Source: an uncultured Rivularia sp.
GTDB lineage: Bacteria > Cyanobacteriota > Cyanobacteriia > Cyanobacteriales > Nostocaceae
DNA length: 64,000 bases
Reading direction: 5' to 3'
NCBI GenBank assembly: GCA_963665115.1
Contig: OY762007.1
Span: 6,784,001 to 6,848,000 of the forward strand
Positions 19,258 to 27,836 of this stretch are shown one piece after another. The first letter of the stretch is position 1. Every line of letters begins with the position of its first letter. The position numbers and the translations under genes are program-made. The notes beneath the pieces are model-generated. The model ran no database searches. It was not told the DNA's origin and saw only the letters and a list, made by a program, of their open reading frames with translations.

Positions 19258-19728
19258 ATGGCTGAAACTGGAAGAATAAGGGTTGCAAAAGATAAGGCTG
19301 AGTTAGTACAAAGTTTAACATCTTGGAATGGTGCAACGGGACCTTTTCAAACTTTTGCTGACGTGGTTGTTTTTGCGGCTACTTTGGGTAAAAAGCACAA
19401 TCGCCGCGTACCTTTGGGAGAAATTTCTAAAAGGGAACCTTCACCAATTAAAGTCGAAACTTTTGCTTCAATGGGTTATGACTGGGTGATTAAATTGATC
19501 GGAATTACCGAAACGAAAGATATAAAAGTACTTTCGGTAACTGAGGAAGAATCTCAAACTGAACGTAATAATATTTTTGAAGAATATACGAATGGTGGTT
19601 TGGAAATATTGCAAACTGAATTGCGAGGTGCGGTAGATTATTCGGAAAGGCTGTTGTTGATGTTGAGTGCGGAAAGGTTTAAGGAAGATAAGCAGGGAGA
19701 ATTTGATTTGAGTCGGTTTTTGTCTTGA
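19258..19728 (+). CDS. DNA phosphorothioation-associated protein 4-like small protein (PbeD-like position)
   Basis: RIRVAKDKAELV, GPFQTFADVVVFAA, IFEEYTNGGLEIL; follows the ATPase. Confidence 0.8.
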   Translation: MAETGRIRVAKDKAELVQSLTSWNGATGPFQTFADVVVFAATLGKKHNRRVPLGEISKREPSPIKVETFASMGYDWVIKLIGITETKDIKVLSVTEEESQTERNNIFEEYTNGGLEILQTELRGAVDYSERLLLMLSAERFKEDKQGEFDLSRFLS

Positions 19729-19740
19729 TGATAATTAATA

Positions 19741-19797
19741 CGCCCTCACCCTCGAAGGGTGGGGCTACAATTACAAAGCCCACCTGCGTGGGCTAAA
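19741..19797 (+). repeat. Left arm of a 57-bp inverted repeat pair (partner 22022-22078)
   Basis: cgccctcaccctcgaagggtggggctacaattacaaagcccacctgcgtgggctaaa. Confidence 0.8.
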
Positions 19798-19804
19798 TCA
19801 AATT

Positions 19805-21817
19805 TTATTCGGTATCTTCAGCATCTATCTCATCTTCAACAGATACTTGTTTCGTCAACAACTCACTATAAATTTCGGGCAAACCAGCTACTAATACAGC
19901 AGAAAATCTGTCACGCACCATATCCTCTTTTTTTTGCTCGCCCATTTTTTCATAGTCTTTGCCATAAAATGTATTAGTGTCAAAACCTTTATACAATGCT
20001 TTGTAAGCATCCGTACAATTTGACCACTGGACTTTATTTACATCTGCTCTGAAAAAATTTAATAGCTTTCGTCTGGATAACATCGGATAACCATTTGCAG
20101 CGTCTATTTGGACTTTACGAGAACCAAAATACCATAAGCATAGTAAGTAAAATATTCTATCTTCTACTGTTTTCGCAACCTTAATTTTGTCATTACCAGG
20201 ATTTATCGCTACAAATGTCCACAAACGATATGGGTAATTTGCTAAATTAACATCTACCTTCAAAATACCTCGATCGTAAAGCCGATTTAGAAAATCTATA
20301 ACATTATTTATATTGCCTAAACTTTCATCTGTTCTTGTATTTTTAAATTCTATAAGTTTTCCTAAACGAACTATAGCTTTTTGAAATATAACTTTGAAAG
20401 CCCACTGGTTTTCTTTCAAAGCATTAATAGCTTTGCTATGGCTAATTATTTTTGTTTGGTGCCAATCACTATCTCTTGCATTTTCCTGCTCTTTAATCGT
20501 TCCTTTGTGTTTACTTGTCTGAGCTTGGAATTTGCCAAAAGTACCTTCAATTAAATCGTTATCGCGGGCATATTCAAGCAAGTTATTGTAAGGTTTGAAA
20601 TCCAGTAAAAGCTTAATTAACCAAGGACGAAAGTTAACTTCAAAGCCCTTTATTGCTGAACTCAGATAATTCTGTGGTAATCGAGAAAAAGGTGTTTCTG
20701 GCTCTTCATCTTCATCGCAGTAATCTTCTTGATAATAAGTGAAGAGAGAGCGTCCTTCATACTCAACTGGTTGTCCGTTTATGCCGAGTGCATCGTCAAT
20801 ACTTTTTATAAACCCTTCAATTTGCTTCTTTTCCATAGGATCGCGTGGTGGTTTCAAATCCAAAGTTGCAGAAACCAAAAGATCCAAATTTACAAGTGAA
20901 TTCAGATAGTAGGAACTATCAAATTTGACAGAATCATCTTGCCAACGTACTAAGGAAAGAGGAAGTCTATCGTCCGCATCTTCACCTGTTTTCTCTGTAA
21001 TCAGCGTTCTGACGCACTGTGCGTTAATACTTTGATCGTCAAGAATTAGCTCTCTAGCTTTATCAACTGTCTTAGCATTTTTATTCAAGTCAGTAAATAA
21101 TTCACGAGCAATTCCTCGAATGGAATAATCCGCTTCACTTTGAATATTTTGAAACCCTGCATCAGGATGAAGTAAAACAAATAAAATTGGAATCTTAGTT
21201 TGTTTTTCCGTGGTATGAAGAGTACCACCTCTAAATTTTGGATCTTCACGAAAAGTACGAAGCGCCCAAAGACGATGTTGTCCATCTACAGCTACTGGTA
21301 AAATCCGCTCCTTATCCCAACGAAGCCGCGCTTGTGTTCCAACAGAAACGAATTGAACACCACCAAAGTTAGCAATTTTAGCTTGGGGTTGGTTCCATTG
21401 TGCGTCATCAGTATCACTACCATCGTAAGGAATAGGGGGAGAATTAGTATCTGGAGAATTATCAAAGGTATCTTGAATTTTTTCGTCATCTCCCTTTGGC
21501 ATCAATACTATAGTAATAGCATTGAAAAATTTTAACTTTTTAGGATCGAGAAGATAACCTTTAACAATATCGTCTCCTACTCTCTTCTCATCAATTTCTC
21601 GTTGAAAAAGTTCTTTCAGCGACCATTTTGTATCGATAGAAGCGGGAATCTGCTCGGCAATCTTCAGTTCATCAATTGCTCGGTTAATTTCAATTAAAGA
21701 AAGAAAATAAGGAAGCGCTATACCTTCGGATAGAGTATAAGTTCCAGTTAAACCATAAAGAGGTTTATTAAAACTTGCTTTTTCTTCGTCATTCGAGAAT
21801 ATAGGCATTTTTATCAC
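19805..21817 (-). CDS. DGQHR / DndB-like domain protein, 670 aa with long C-terminal extension
   Basis: LFQREID, KFFNAITIVL, VAVDGQHRLWAL, ARELFTDLNKNAKTV; start GTG 21817 or ATG 21808. Confidence 0.88.
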   Translation of the reverse strand: MIKMPIFSNDEEKASFNKPLYGLTGTYTLSEGIALPYFLSLIEINRAIDELKIAEQIPASIDTKWSLKELFQREIDEKRVGDDIVKGYLLDPKKLKFFNAITIVLMPKGDDEKIQDTFDNSPDTNSPPIPYDGSDTDDAQWNQPQAKIANFGGVQFVSVGTQARLRWDKERILPVAVDGQHRLWALRTFREDPKFRGGTLHTTEKQTKIPILFVLLHPDAGFQNIQSEADYSIRGIARELFTDLNKNAKTVDKARELILDDQSINAQCVRTLITEKTGEDADDRLPLSLVRWQDDSVKFDSSYYLNSLVNLDLLVSATLDLKPPRDPMEKKQIEGFIKSIDDALGINGQPVEYEGRSLFTYYQEDYCDEDEEPETPFSRLPQNYLSSAIKGFEVNFRPWLIKLLLDFKPYNNLLEYARDNDLIEGTFGKFQAQTSKHKGTIKEQENARDSDWHQTKIISHSKAINALKENQWAFKVIFQKAIVRLGKLIEFKNTRTDESLGNINNVIDFLNRLYDRGILKVDVNLANYPYRLWTFVAINPGNDKIKVAKTVEDRIFYLLCLWYFGSRKVQIDAANGYPMLSRRKLLNFFRADVNKVQWSNCTDAYKALYKGFDTNTFYGKDYEKMGEQKKEDMVRDRFSAVLVAGLPEIYSELLTKQVSVEDEIDAEDTE

Positions 21818-22021
21818 CCCGATAATAATTTATGAAAAGTAATATTTCTCATAAAATATGAAAAACATTAGTTTGTATAATATGCGATAAGATTATGATT
21901 TTAAATCAGTGAAACCCACAATAACAAAAGGATTAAATACGAAATTTACCTTTATCTTTCAAAAAGCTGCGAACAATAATGAAGTACTTTTATTTTACGT
22001 ATGGTAAATCATTAGGCATTT

Positions 22022-22078
22022 TTTAGTCCACGCAGGTGGACTTCGTTTCTGTAGCCCCAGACTTCTAGTCTGAGGGTG
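22022..22078 (-). repeat. Right arm of the 57-bp inverted repeat pair
   Basis: Revcomp caccctcagactagaagtctggggctacagaaacgaagtccacctgcgtggactaaa aligns without gaps to 19741-19797. Confidence 0.8.
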
Positions 22079-22115
22079 ACGTATTTTAATTAATTATAAA
22101 AACGGGTAAAACCTA

Positions 22116-23390
22116 ATGAATTCATCAAATAAATTAACTCCTCCAAAAAGGCGATCGCACCCTACTATCCAATTAGATGTTAACTTTAACGATTTACACA
22201 CCTGCTTCGGCGCTTTCTTCCGTACCATCGATCGCCAGCAATCTTTAAATGGGATTAAATCTTTTTGGCATACCGATAAAGAAGTTTTAGTCACCTTATC
22301 TGTAAGAACTAGTTTAGATTTATTGTTACAATCATTAAATCTACCTCCCGAATCGGAAGTATTAATGAGCGGCATTAATATCCGAGAAATGGCAGAAATT
22401 ATCCGTAGTCATGGATTAATTCCGGTTCCTATTGATATTTCCATAGATACTGTTGCGCCTAATTTAGAAATATTAGAGCAGTTAACTTCTCCTCGAAGCA
22501 AAGTATTATTAATCGCGCATTTATTTGGTGTAATTGTTCCTTTACAGCCTTACGTTGATTTCTGTAAAAAACATCATATTCTACTTGTTGAAGACTGCGC
22601 TCAAGCTTTTGCAGGAAAACAATATTTTGGACATCCTCAAGCTGATGTGAGTCTATTTAGCTTTGGTGCGATCAAATCTTGTACTGCTTTGGGTGGAGCA
22701 GTAGCATTAATTAAAGATAAACAATTAGCTCAAAAAATGGCAGCTATCGAGCAAAAATATTTCCAAAAAAGCGAGTTTTGGTATTTAAAAAGAGTATTTA
22801 AGTTCTATTGGTTAAAACTTCTTTCGCTGCCGAGCTTGTACGATCAAATCCTTAATTTAATGCGGTTGTTAAATTTGGATGTCGAATCAACTATAAAAAA
22901 AGCAACCCTCGGTTTCCCTACAGGTGATATACTCACAAAAATTCGCTATCGTAATCCCAAACATCTACTGTGGTTTTTAAACTATAGATTGAGTCATTGC
23001 GATGATTTTCAAGAGCGTATTCAACGAGGCAAAGATTTTTTAAAAATGCTACCAGATAATCTTACTATCCCTGGTAACAAAGCTGAATATAATTCCTTTT
23101 GGGTAATGCCAATTTTGATAGATTCTCCTGATGCTATGGCAAAAATACTGCGTGCGGAGGGTTTTGATAGTGCCAGAGGAAACCGCAGTTTATTTGCTAT
23201 TGACGCAAAGCCAAATACGCCCAATCATCTTTTACCAATTCAAAGTCAATATTCAATGGCACATATTTTATGCGTACCATTTTCGCCTTTATTAACGGTA
23301 CAGGAATCTGAATATTTAGCGCAATTAATTACGGTAAATATCGATTGTGAATTTGAACAAACAGAAAATATAGTAATTCAAAATAATTAG
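22116..23390 (+). CDS. DegT/DnrJ/EryC1/StrS family PLP-dependent aminotransferase
   Basis: PVPIDI, IAHLFG, LVEDCAQAF, FSFGAIKS (PLP lysine), GGA. Confidence 0.88.
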   Translation: MNSSNKLTPPKRRSHPTIQLDVNFNDLHTCFGAFFRTIDRQQSLNGIKSFWHTDKEVLVTLSVRTSLDLLLQSLNLPPESEVLMSGINIREMAEIIRSHGLIPVPIDISIDTVAPNLEILEQLTSPRSKVLLIAHLFGVIVPLQPYVDFCKKHHILLVEDCAQAFAGKQYFGHPQADVSLFSFGAIKSCTALGGAVALIKDKQLAQKMAAIEQKYFQKSEFWYLKRVFKFYWLKLLSLPSLYDQILNLMRLLNLDVESTIKKATLGFPTGDILTKIRYRNPKHLLWFLNYRLSHCDDFQERIQRGKDFLKMLPDNLTIPGNKAEYNSFWVMPILIDSPDAMAKILRAEGFDSARGNRSLFAIDAKPNTPNHLLPIQSQYSMAHILCVPFSPLLTVQESEYLAQLITVNIDCEFEQTENIVIQNN

Positions 23391-23410
23391 GTATCCGACG
23401 GTTGAATAGC

Positions 23411-23633
23411 CTCGTTACTAGCCTCCAGGCTGGGAACGCATTCTCCGAGGCTCTGCCTCTCGTTAAATCCTTGCTTAGAGGCGGAGCCTCACTTCGGGGA
23501 TTCCTAGTCAAAGACTAGGAAACCAGGTAGAAATTCCGAGGCTAATAGCTAAAGTCTACTAAAGTAGACTGAAAAATATCTAGTCGTCTTTAGACGACTT
23601 TCGCTATTAGCTGGGGGTTTGCAACCCCCAGTG
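23411..23633. repeat. Two adjacent multi-hairpin dispersed repeats
   Basis: 23411-23526 (gaggctctgcctc...gaggcggagcctc dyad) and 23531-23633 (gctaatagctaaagtc...gactttcgctattagc dyad). Confidence 0.75.
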
Positions 23634-23668
23634 GATTTGAAAATAAATCATTTTATGGAGGATTATTT

Positions 23669-24208
23669 ATGGTTTGGGAAATCACTACTGAAGAGTTGTT
23701 GAAAAAGTATACTTCCGGCAAGCGAAATTTTGCAGGGGCTGAAGTCATTAGAGAAAAGGGATGTGGACGTAGCTACATTGACCTTGAAGGTGCTATTTTG
23801 CGAGATGTTAACTTTCGTGGAGCCGATTTGAGTTTTGCCGATCTTAGAGGAGCGGATCTGAGTAGAACCGATCTGTTTGGTGCTTCCTTGGTAGAAGCTC
23901 GGTTGGATGGTGCGATTATCAGGGATGCTAATTTGGAATGTGTTAATTTGTTTAGGTGTTATTTGATTGGTGCTGATTTGGTTGGAAGTCACTTGTATCA
24001 GGCTAGTGCCATCGGTGCTATTTTCCGTAAAGCTAAATTTTTGTATGGTGGTGAGCATAACGTTTTCATTCGTGCTGATTTCCGAGATGCTTCCATTGCC
24101 CACGATGCTATTTGTCGAGCCATGAATGTAATTTGGGATACTATAATGCCCGATGGCAGCGTCCAAAGTGATCCTTATTTTGGAGAGTGGAAATCGATTC
24201 GGAAGTAA
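23669..24208 (+). CDS. Pentapeptide repeat protein
   Basis: GGAGG RBS; ELLKKYTSGKRNF, ADLSF/ADLRG repeats, TIMPDGS tail. Confidence 0.9.
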   Translation: MVWEITTEELLKKYTSGKRNFAGAEVIREKGCGRSYIDLEGAILRDVNFRGADLSFADLRGADLSRTDLFGASLVEARLDGAIIRDANLECVNLFRCYLIGADLVGSHLYQASAIGAIFRKAKFLYGGEHNVFIRADFRDASIAHDAICRAMNVIWDTIMPDGSVQSDPYFGEWKSIRK

Positions 24209-24249
24209 AAGATTTACAAACAAACAGAAACATCTAAACATATCCCCCC

Positions 24250-25830
24250 TCACAAAACCCCCGGCAATCCCACCTGTTTCGGCTCTACAAACTTACCTTT
24301 AAAATCCACAGTTTGATCTTCAATAGTTCTAGCTTTCGCTAAATCGTTCCTTAATTCTGCACGCTCCATCTTGTCTTTAACCCCACCCAAAATATAAACG
24401 AGTAACCGCGTTGCTAATTCTTTCCCGGCAACTAATACCCGCTTGCGATTCGCATCGTATAAAACCCCATACCAAAGAGATTTAGGAAAGTCCATTCCAC
24501 TAAAACCGCCTTTACTATCAAATTTTCTTAACTTTTCAAAAATATCTTCTATAGAAAAACCTTTTTCAAATATTAAGATACCTAAAGCCTTAGCTAATGC
24601 CATTTGTCCGACTGGACGAAATAAAATATTACCTTCTCCCTCGTCTTTTTCAAAACTAAACCTGCGGAACATTGGCGTGTCTTCGTGTTCTAAAAGTTTA
24701 TAGCTTGGTAAAGTTGCTAAATTGTCAAATAGCTCGTAAAAATCTTCTATCGCTGATTCTAATTCTTCATCCTCCGGGCGCATGGGAATTAAACCTTTGT
24801 CTAAGGGCTTCCAATGAGGATACTTGTGTTCTAAATAACGTTCTGACATCTCTTTTAAAGCTTGCAAAGTTGTCAAAACTGTAGACTTTGCTGCAACTGT
24901 GGCACTATTCCAATTTACGCGAGATTTCCGATCTTTACGCTGTTCTAAAAGTGGATGGCTAACGGCTATCTTTCTGGCAACAATAGAAAAACCATCGTCT
25001 TCATTTAACTGTGCTAACTGTCCTTTACTCAAGGGTACAGCCATTAAGTTAACGTGTACAAAAATTGACCTTACCCTGCGTCTTGCTTCCTCGCGGGTTT
25101 CTCCTTGGGCAACTGCACAAATAAATTCTATACCGATTTTTTCTTGGGGTAATTGTTGTAAATATTCGGCTTCAACTCCGTATTTTTCTGTTAAATTATC
25201 AATCGTAATAAAATTGTTAGCAGCGGCTTTATCTTTCTTGTAGCGCGGTAACTTACCAGTTTTGAGTATCTCCATCAAACCCTGTACCGCCATTAATCTA
25301 TGTTGTCCATCTAATGCATAAATAGTTACATTTTCTTCTCTAATATCAAGCAAGCCAAATTGACCGTTTTCATCTAAACTAGTAAATTCCGTAGTAGATT
25401 TTTTGGCTCGTCCTTTATTGTCCCACTCAGATGCTTTGGAATCATTTACCCAAGGCTGACTAATTACAGCTAATACGGGAGGAAATTTATGATTTTTACG
25501 TGCTGCTAAATACTGAACTAAAGGTGCTTGTCGCGACCAATCTAAGGGGCGTTGCTGAATATCATCTATACTTTCTGCGTCAATTTCGATATTATCAGTA
25601 TCGGGATTGTACTTACTTCGCAATAATGGTAACAAAGATGCAAAGCGAACCTGACTAGCAAACCATTCTAAAGTTACCGAACCAACATAAGCTTGAGTCC
25701 CGCCCATTTCTGTTTTTTGGACTAATAGCTGTTGATTTTCACCAAGATATTTGGTTAATAAAGTAGAAAATTTCTTTTTATCTGGACTGCTAATAACTGA
25801 GAAAGGTTCAGATGCACTCTTTTTCATCAC
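24250..25830 (-). CDS. DGQHR domain protein (DndB-like), 526 aa, divergent from dndC
   Basis: QQRPLDWSR, HKFPPVL, YALDGQHRLMAV, RSIFVHVN, QLNEDD. Confidence 0.9.
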   Translation of the reverse strand: MMKKSASEPFSVISSPDKKKFSTLLTKYLGENQQLLVQKTEMGGTQAYVGSVTLEWFASQVRFASLLPLLRSKYNPDTDNIEIDAESIDDIQQRPLDWSRQAPLVQYLAARKNHKFPPVLAVISQPWVNDSKASEWDNKGRAKKSTTEFTSLDENGQFGLLDIREENVTIYALDGQHRLMAVQGLMEILKTGKLPRYKKDKAAANNFITIDNLTEKYGVEAEYLQQLPQEKIGIEFICAVAQGETREEARRRVRSIFVHVNLMAVPLSKGQLAQLNEDDGFSIVARKIAVSHPLLEQRKDRKSRVNWNSATVAAKSTVLTTLQALKEMSERYLEHKYPHWKPLDKGLIPMRPEDEELESAIEDFYELFDNLATLPSYKLLEHEDTPMFRRFSFEKDEGEGNILFRPVGQMALAKALGILIFEKGFSIEDIFEKLRKFDSKGGFSGMDFPKSLWYGVLYDANRKRVLVAGKELATRLLVYILGGVKDKMERAELRNDLAKARTIEDQTVDFKGKFVEPKQVGLPGVL

Positions 25831-26038
25831 AAAACTTTAAAAAATTAAATACTGACTTCCATTTACTATATATAAAAACGTTATCAAAACAAAATATTAA
25901 ATAAAAAGTTTTTAAAAACCGCTACTGGTACAAAAATATGTAATACTAGTTTTTGCTCTTATTTTATATAAATACAAATATCTGGCAATTTAATAATCGC
26001 GATTAATCCAAAATCCAAAATCCAAAATCCAAAATCGA

Positions 26039-27632
26039 ATGACTCTTGCCCAACAATCAGAAAAAAGCCAGCCAGCACCCGTTACGGTAATTGATAAAAT
26101 TCCTCTTATTACCAAAGAAATCCAGGAATTATATTTACTAGACGAAATACCTTGGATTATTGGCGTGTCTTGGGGTAAAGACTCCAGCACAATTTTGCAA
26201 CTTATTTGGAATGCGATCGCAACTCTACCACCAAAGAAACGCGGTAAAACAATTCACGTAATTACTACGGATACGCTGGTAGAAAATCCTATCGTTTCGG
26301 CATGGGTTCGCAATTCGATGAAGTTGCTGGGATCTGCTGCGAAAGAAAAAGGAATGCCCATCGAGCCTCATTTGCTGTTGCCAGTAATTCAAGATACATT
26401 TTGGGTGAATTTAATCGGCAGGGGTTATCCGGCTCCCCGCAATCAGTTTCGCTGGTGTACGCCGCGTTTGAAAATTAATCCAGCTAACCAGTTTATTCGC
26501 GAAATGGTTAGAGCTAACGGTGAAACAATTTTGGTTTTGGGTACTCGCAAAGCCGAAAGTTCGAGACGAGCCGCCACAATGCAAAAGCATCAAGCGGGTA
26601 GAATCCGCGAGCGTTTGAGTCCGAATGCCAGTTTACCAAACTCTTTGATTTATACTCCTATCGAAGATTGGAGCAACAACGATGTGTGGATTTACCTCAA
26701 TCAATGTGAAAATCCTTGGGGTGGTAATAATAAAGATTTATTTTCGATGTATCGCGGTGCGACGGCAGATAACGAATGTCCTTTAGTTGTCGATACTTCT
26801 ACCCCCAGTTGCGGCGATTCGCGCTTTGGTTGTTGGGTTTGTACGATGGTGACAAAAGATAAATCAATGGAAGCGATGATTCAGAATGATGAAGAAAAAG
26901 AATGGATGCAGCCGCTTTTAGATATTCGTAACGAGCTAGATATTCAAGACGACCATGATAAGCGCGATTTTCGCAGAATTTGGGGTAAAGTACAGCTTTT
27001 CGAGCGTAATAAAGATGGTAAAACATCAGTGCAGCCAGTACCAGGGTCCCTATACAAAATATTGGCGCGAACATTGGTTAACGAGGGTATTGTCAGCGCA
27101 AACCCAAGCTCGTCAAACTGCGCCGGAAGATATGCGCGATATTACCTTAATTACCCCAGATGAACTGAGTGAAATCAGGCGCATTTGGTTAGAAGAAAAA
27201 CACGAATTTGACGATAGTTTACCCCGGATTTATCAAGAAGTGACAGGAGAATCTTTTGTAGACTCCCGCCCCGGTGCGGGTTACAGCTTATTAGGCAGCG
27301 ATGAGTGGGCAGTATTAGAAGAAATCTGCGACAACGACGCGATGCATTTAGAATTGATGGCGAAACTGTTAGATACAGAACGGCAATATCGTAAAAAATC
27401 GCGTCGCGTCGGAATCTACGATGCCTTAGAAAAATGTTTTGAAACAAGCTCCCGAACTCAAGAAGACGCAATTAAAAACGCCCACTTTAAACGTGACTTA
27501 AAAGATGCTGCTGGCAAAGGTGATATTGACAAAGTAAAACAGTTGACTTTAGGCGACGTTACGGCAGAAAAAGCAACAGAAAAACCAGAAAAATCTAAAA
27601 CTTGGGCAGATAAAAAATTTAAAAAACAATGA
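26039..27632 (+). CDS. dndC: DNA phosphorothioation sulfurtransferase DndC (apparent +1 frameshift at 27044-27046)
   Basis: PAPS-reductase-like SWGKDS, DTLVENP, GRGYPAP, RWCT, LGTRKAES, CPLVVD, SCGDSRFGCWVC; removing one G gives VPGPYTKYWREHWL. Confidence 0.93.
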
Positions 27633-27836
27633 ACAATTATCAATTATCAATTATCAATTATCAATGAATAATGAAAAATATATGCTGCAATGGTTTGGTG
27701 AGGCAATCCGATAAATTATTAAGGAGTTTAATTATATGCTTTTAATAAATGATAACTATTGACTTATAACACTATAAAGTTAAAGATAAAATCGAATTGA
27801 CTGATAATTGATAATTGATAATTGATAATTGATTAC

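Noticed and set aside
19805..21817. Absence of HIP1 sites as proof of foreign origin of the 670-aa DGQHR gene
   Set aside because: None seen by eye, but 2 kb is too short given the modest HIP1 density; several native genes also lack it.
22116..23390. DndA cysteine desulfurase
   Set aside because: Motifs (AHLFG, EDCAQ, FSFGAIK) are DegT-type; no IscS/DndA-type SxHK or SSGSAC catalytic Cys loop is visible.
25921..25950. LexA box in the DGQHR/dndC divergent promoter
   Set aside because: GGTAC half-site is present but the second half (DGTWCB) is missing at the 3-nt spacing.
26039..27632. Programmed frameshift or genuine split dndC
   Set aside because: Same +1 homopolymer pattern as six unrelated genes and no slippery heptamer; artefact is more parsimonious.
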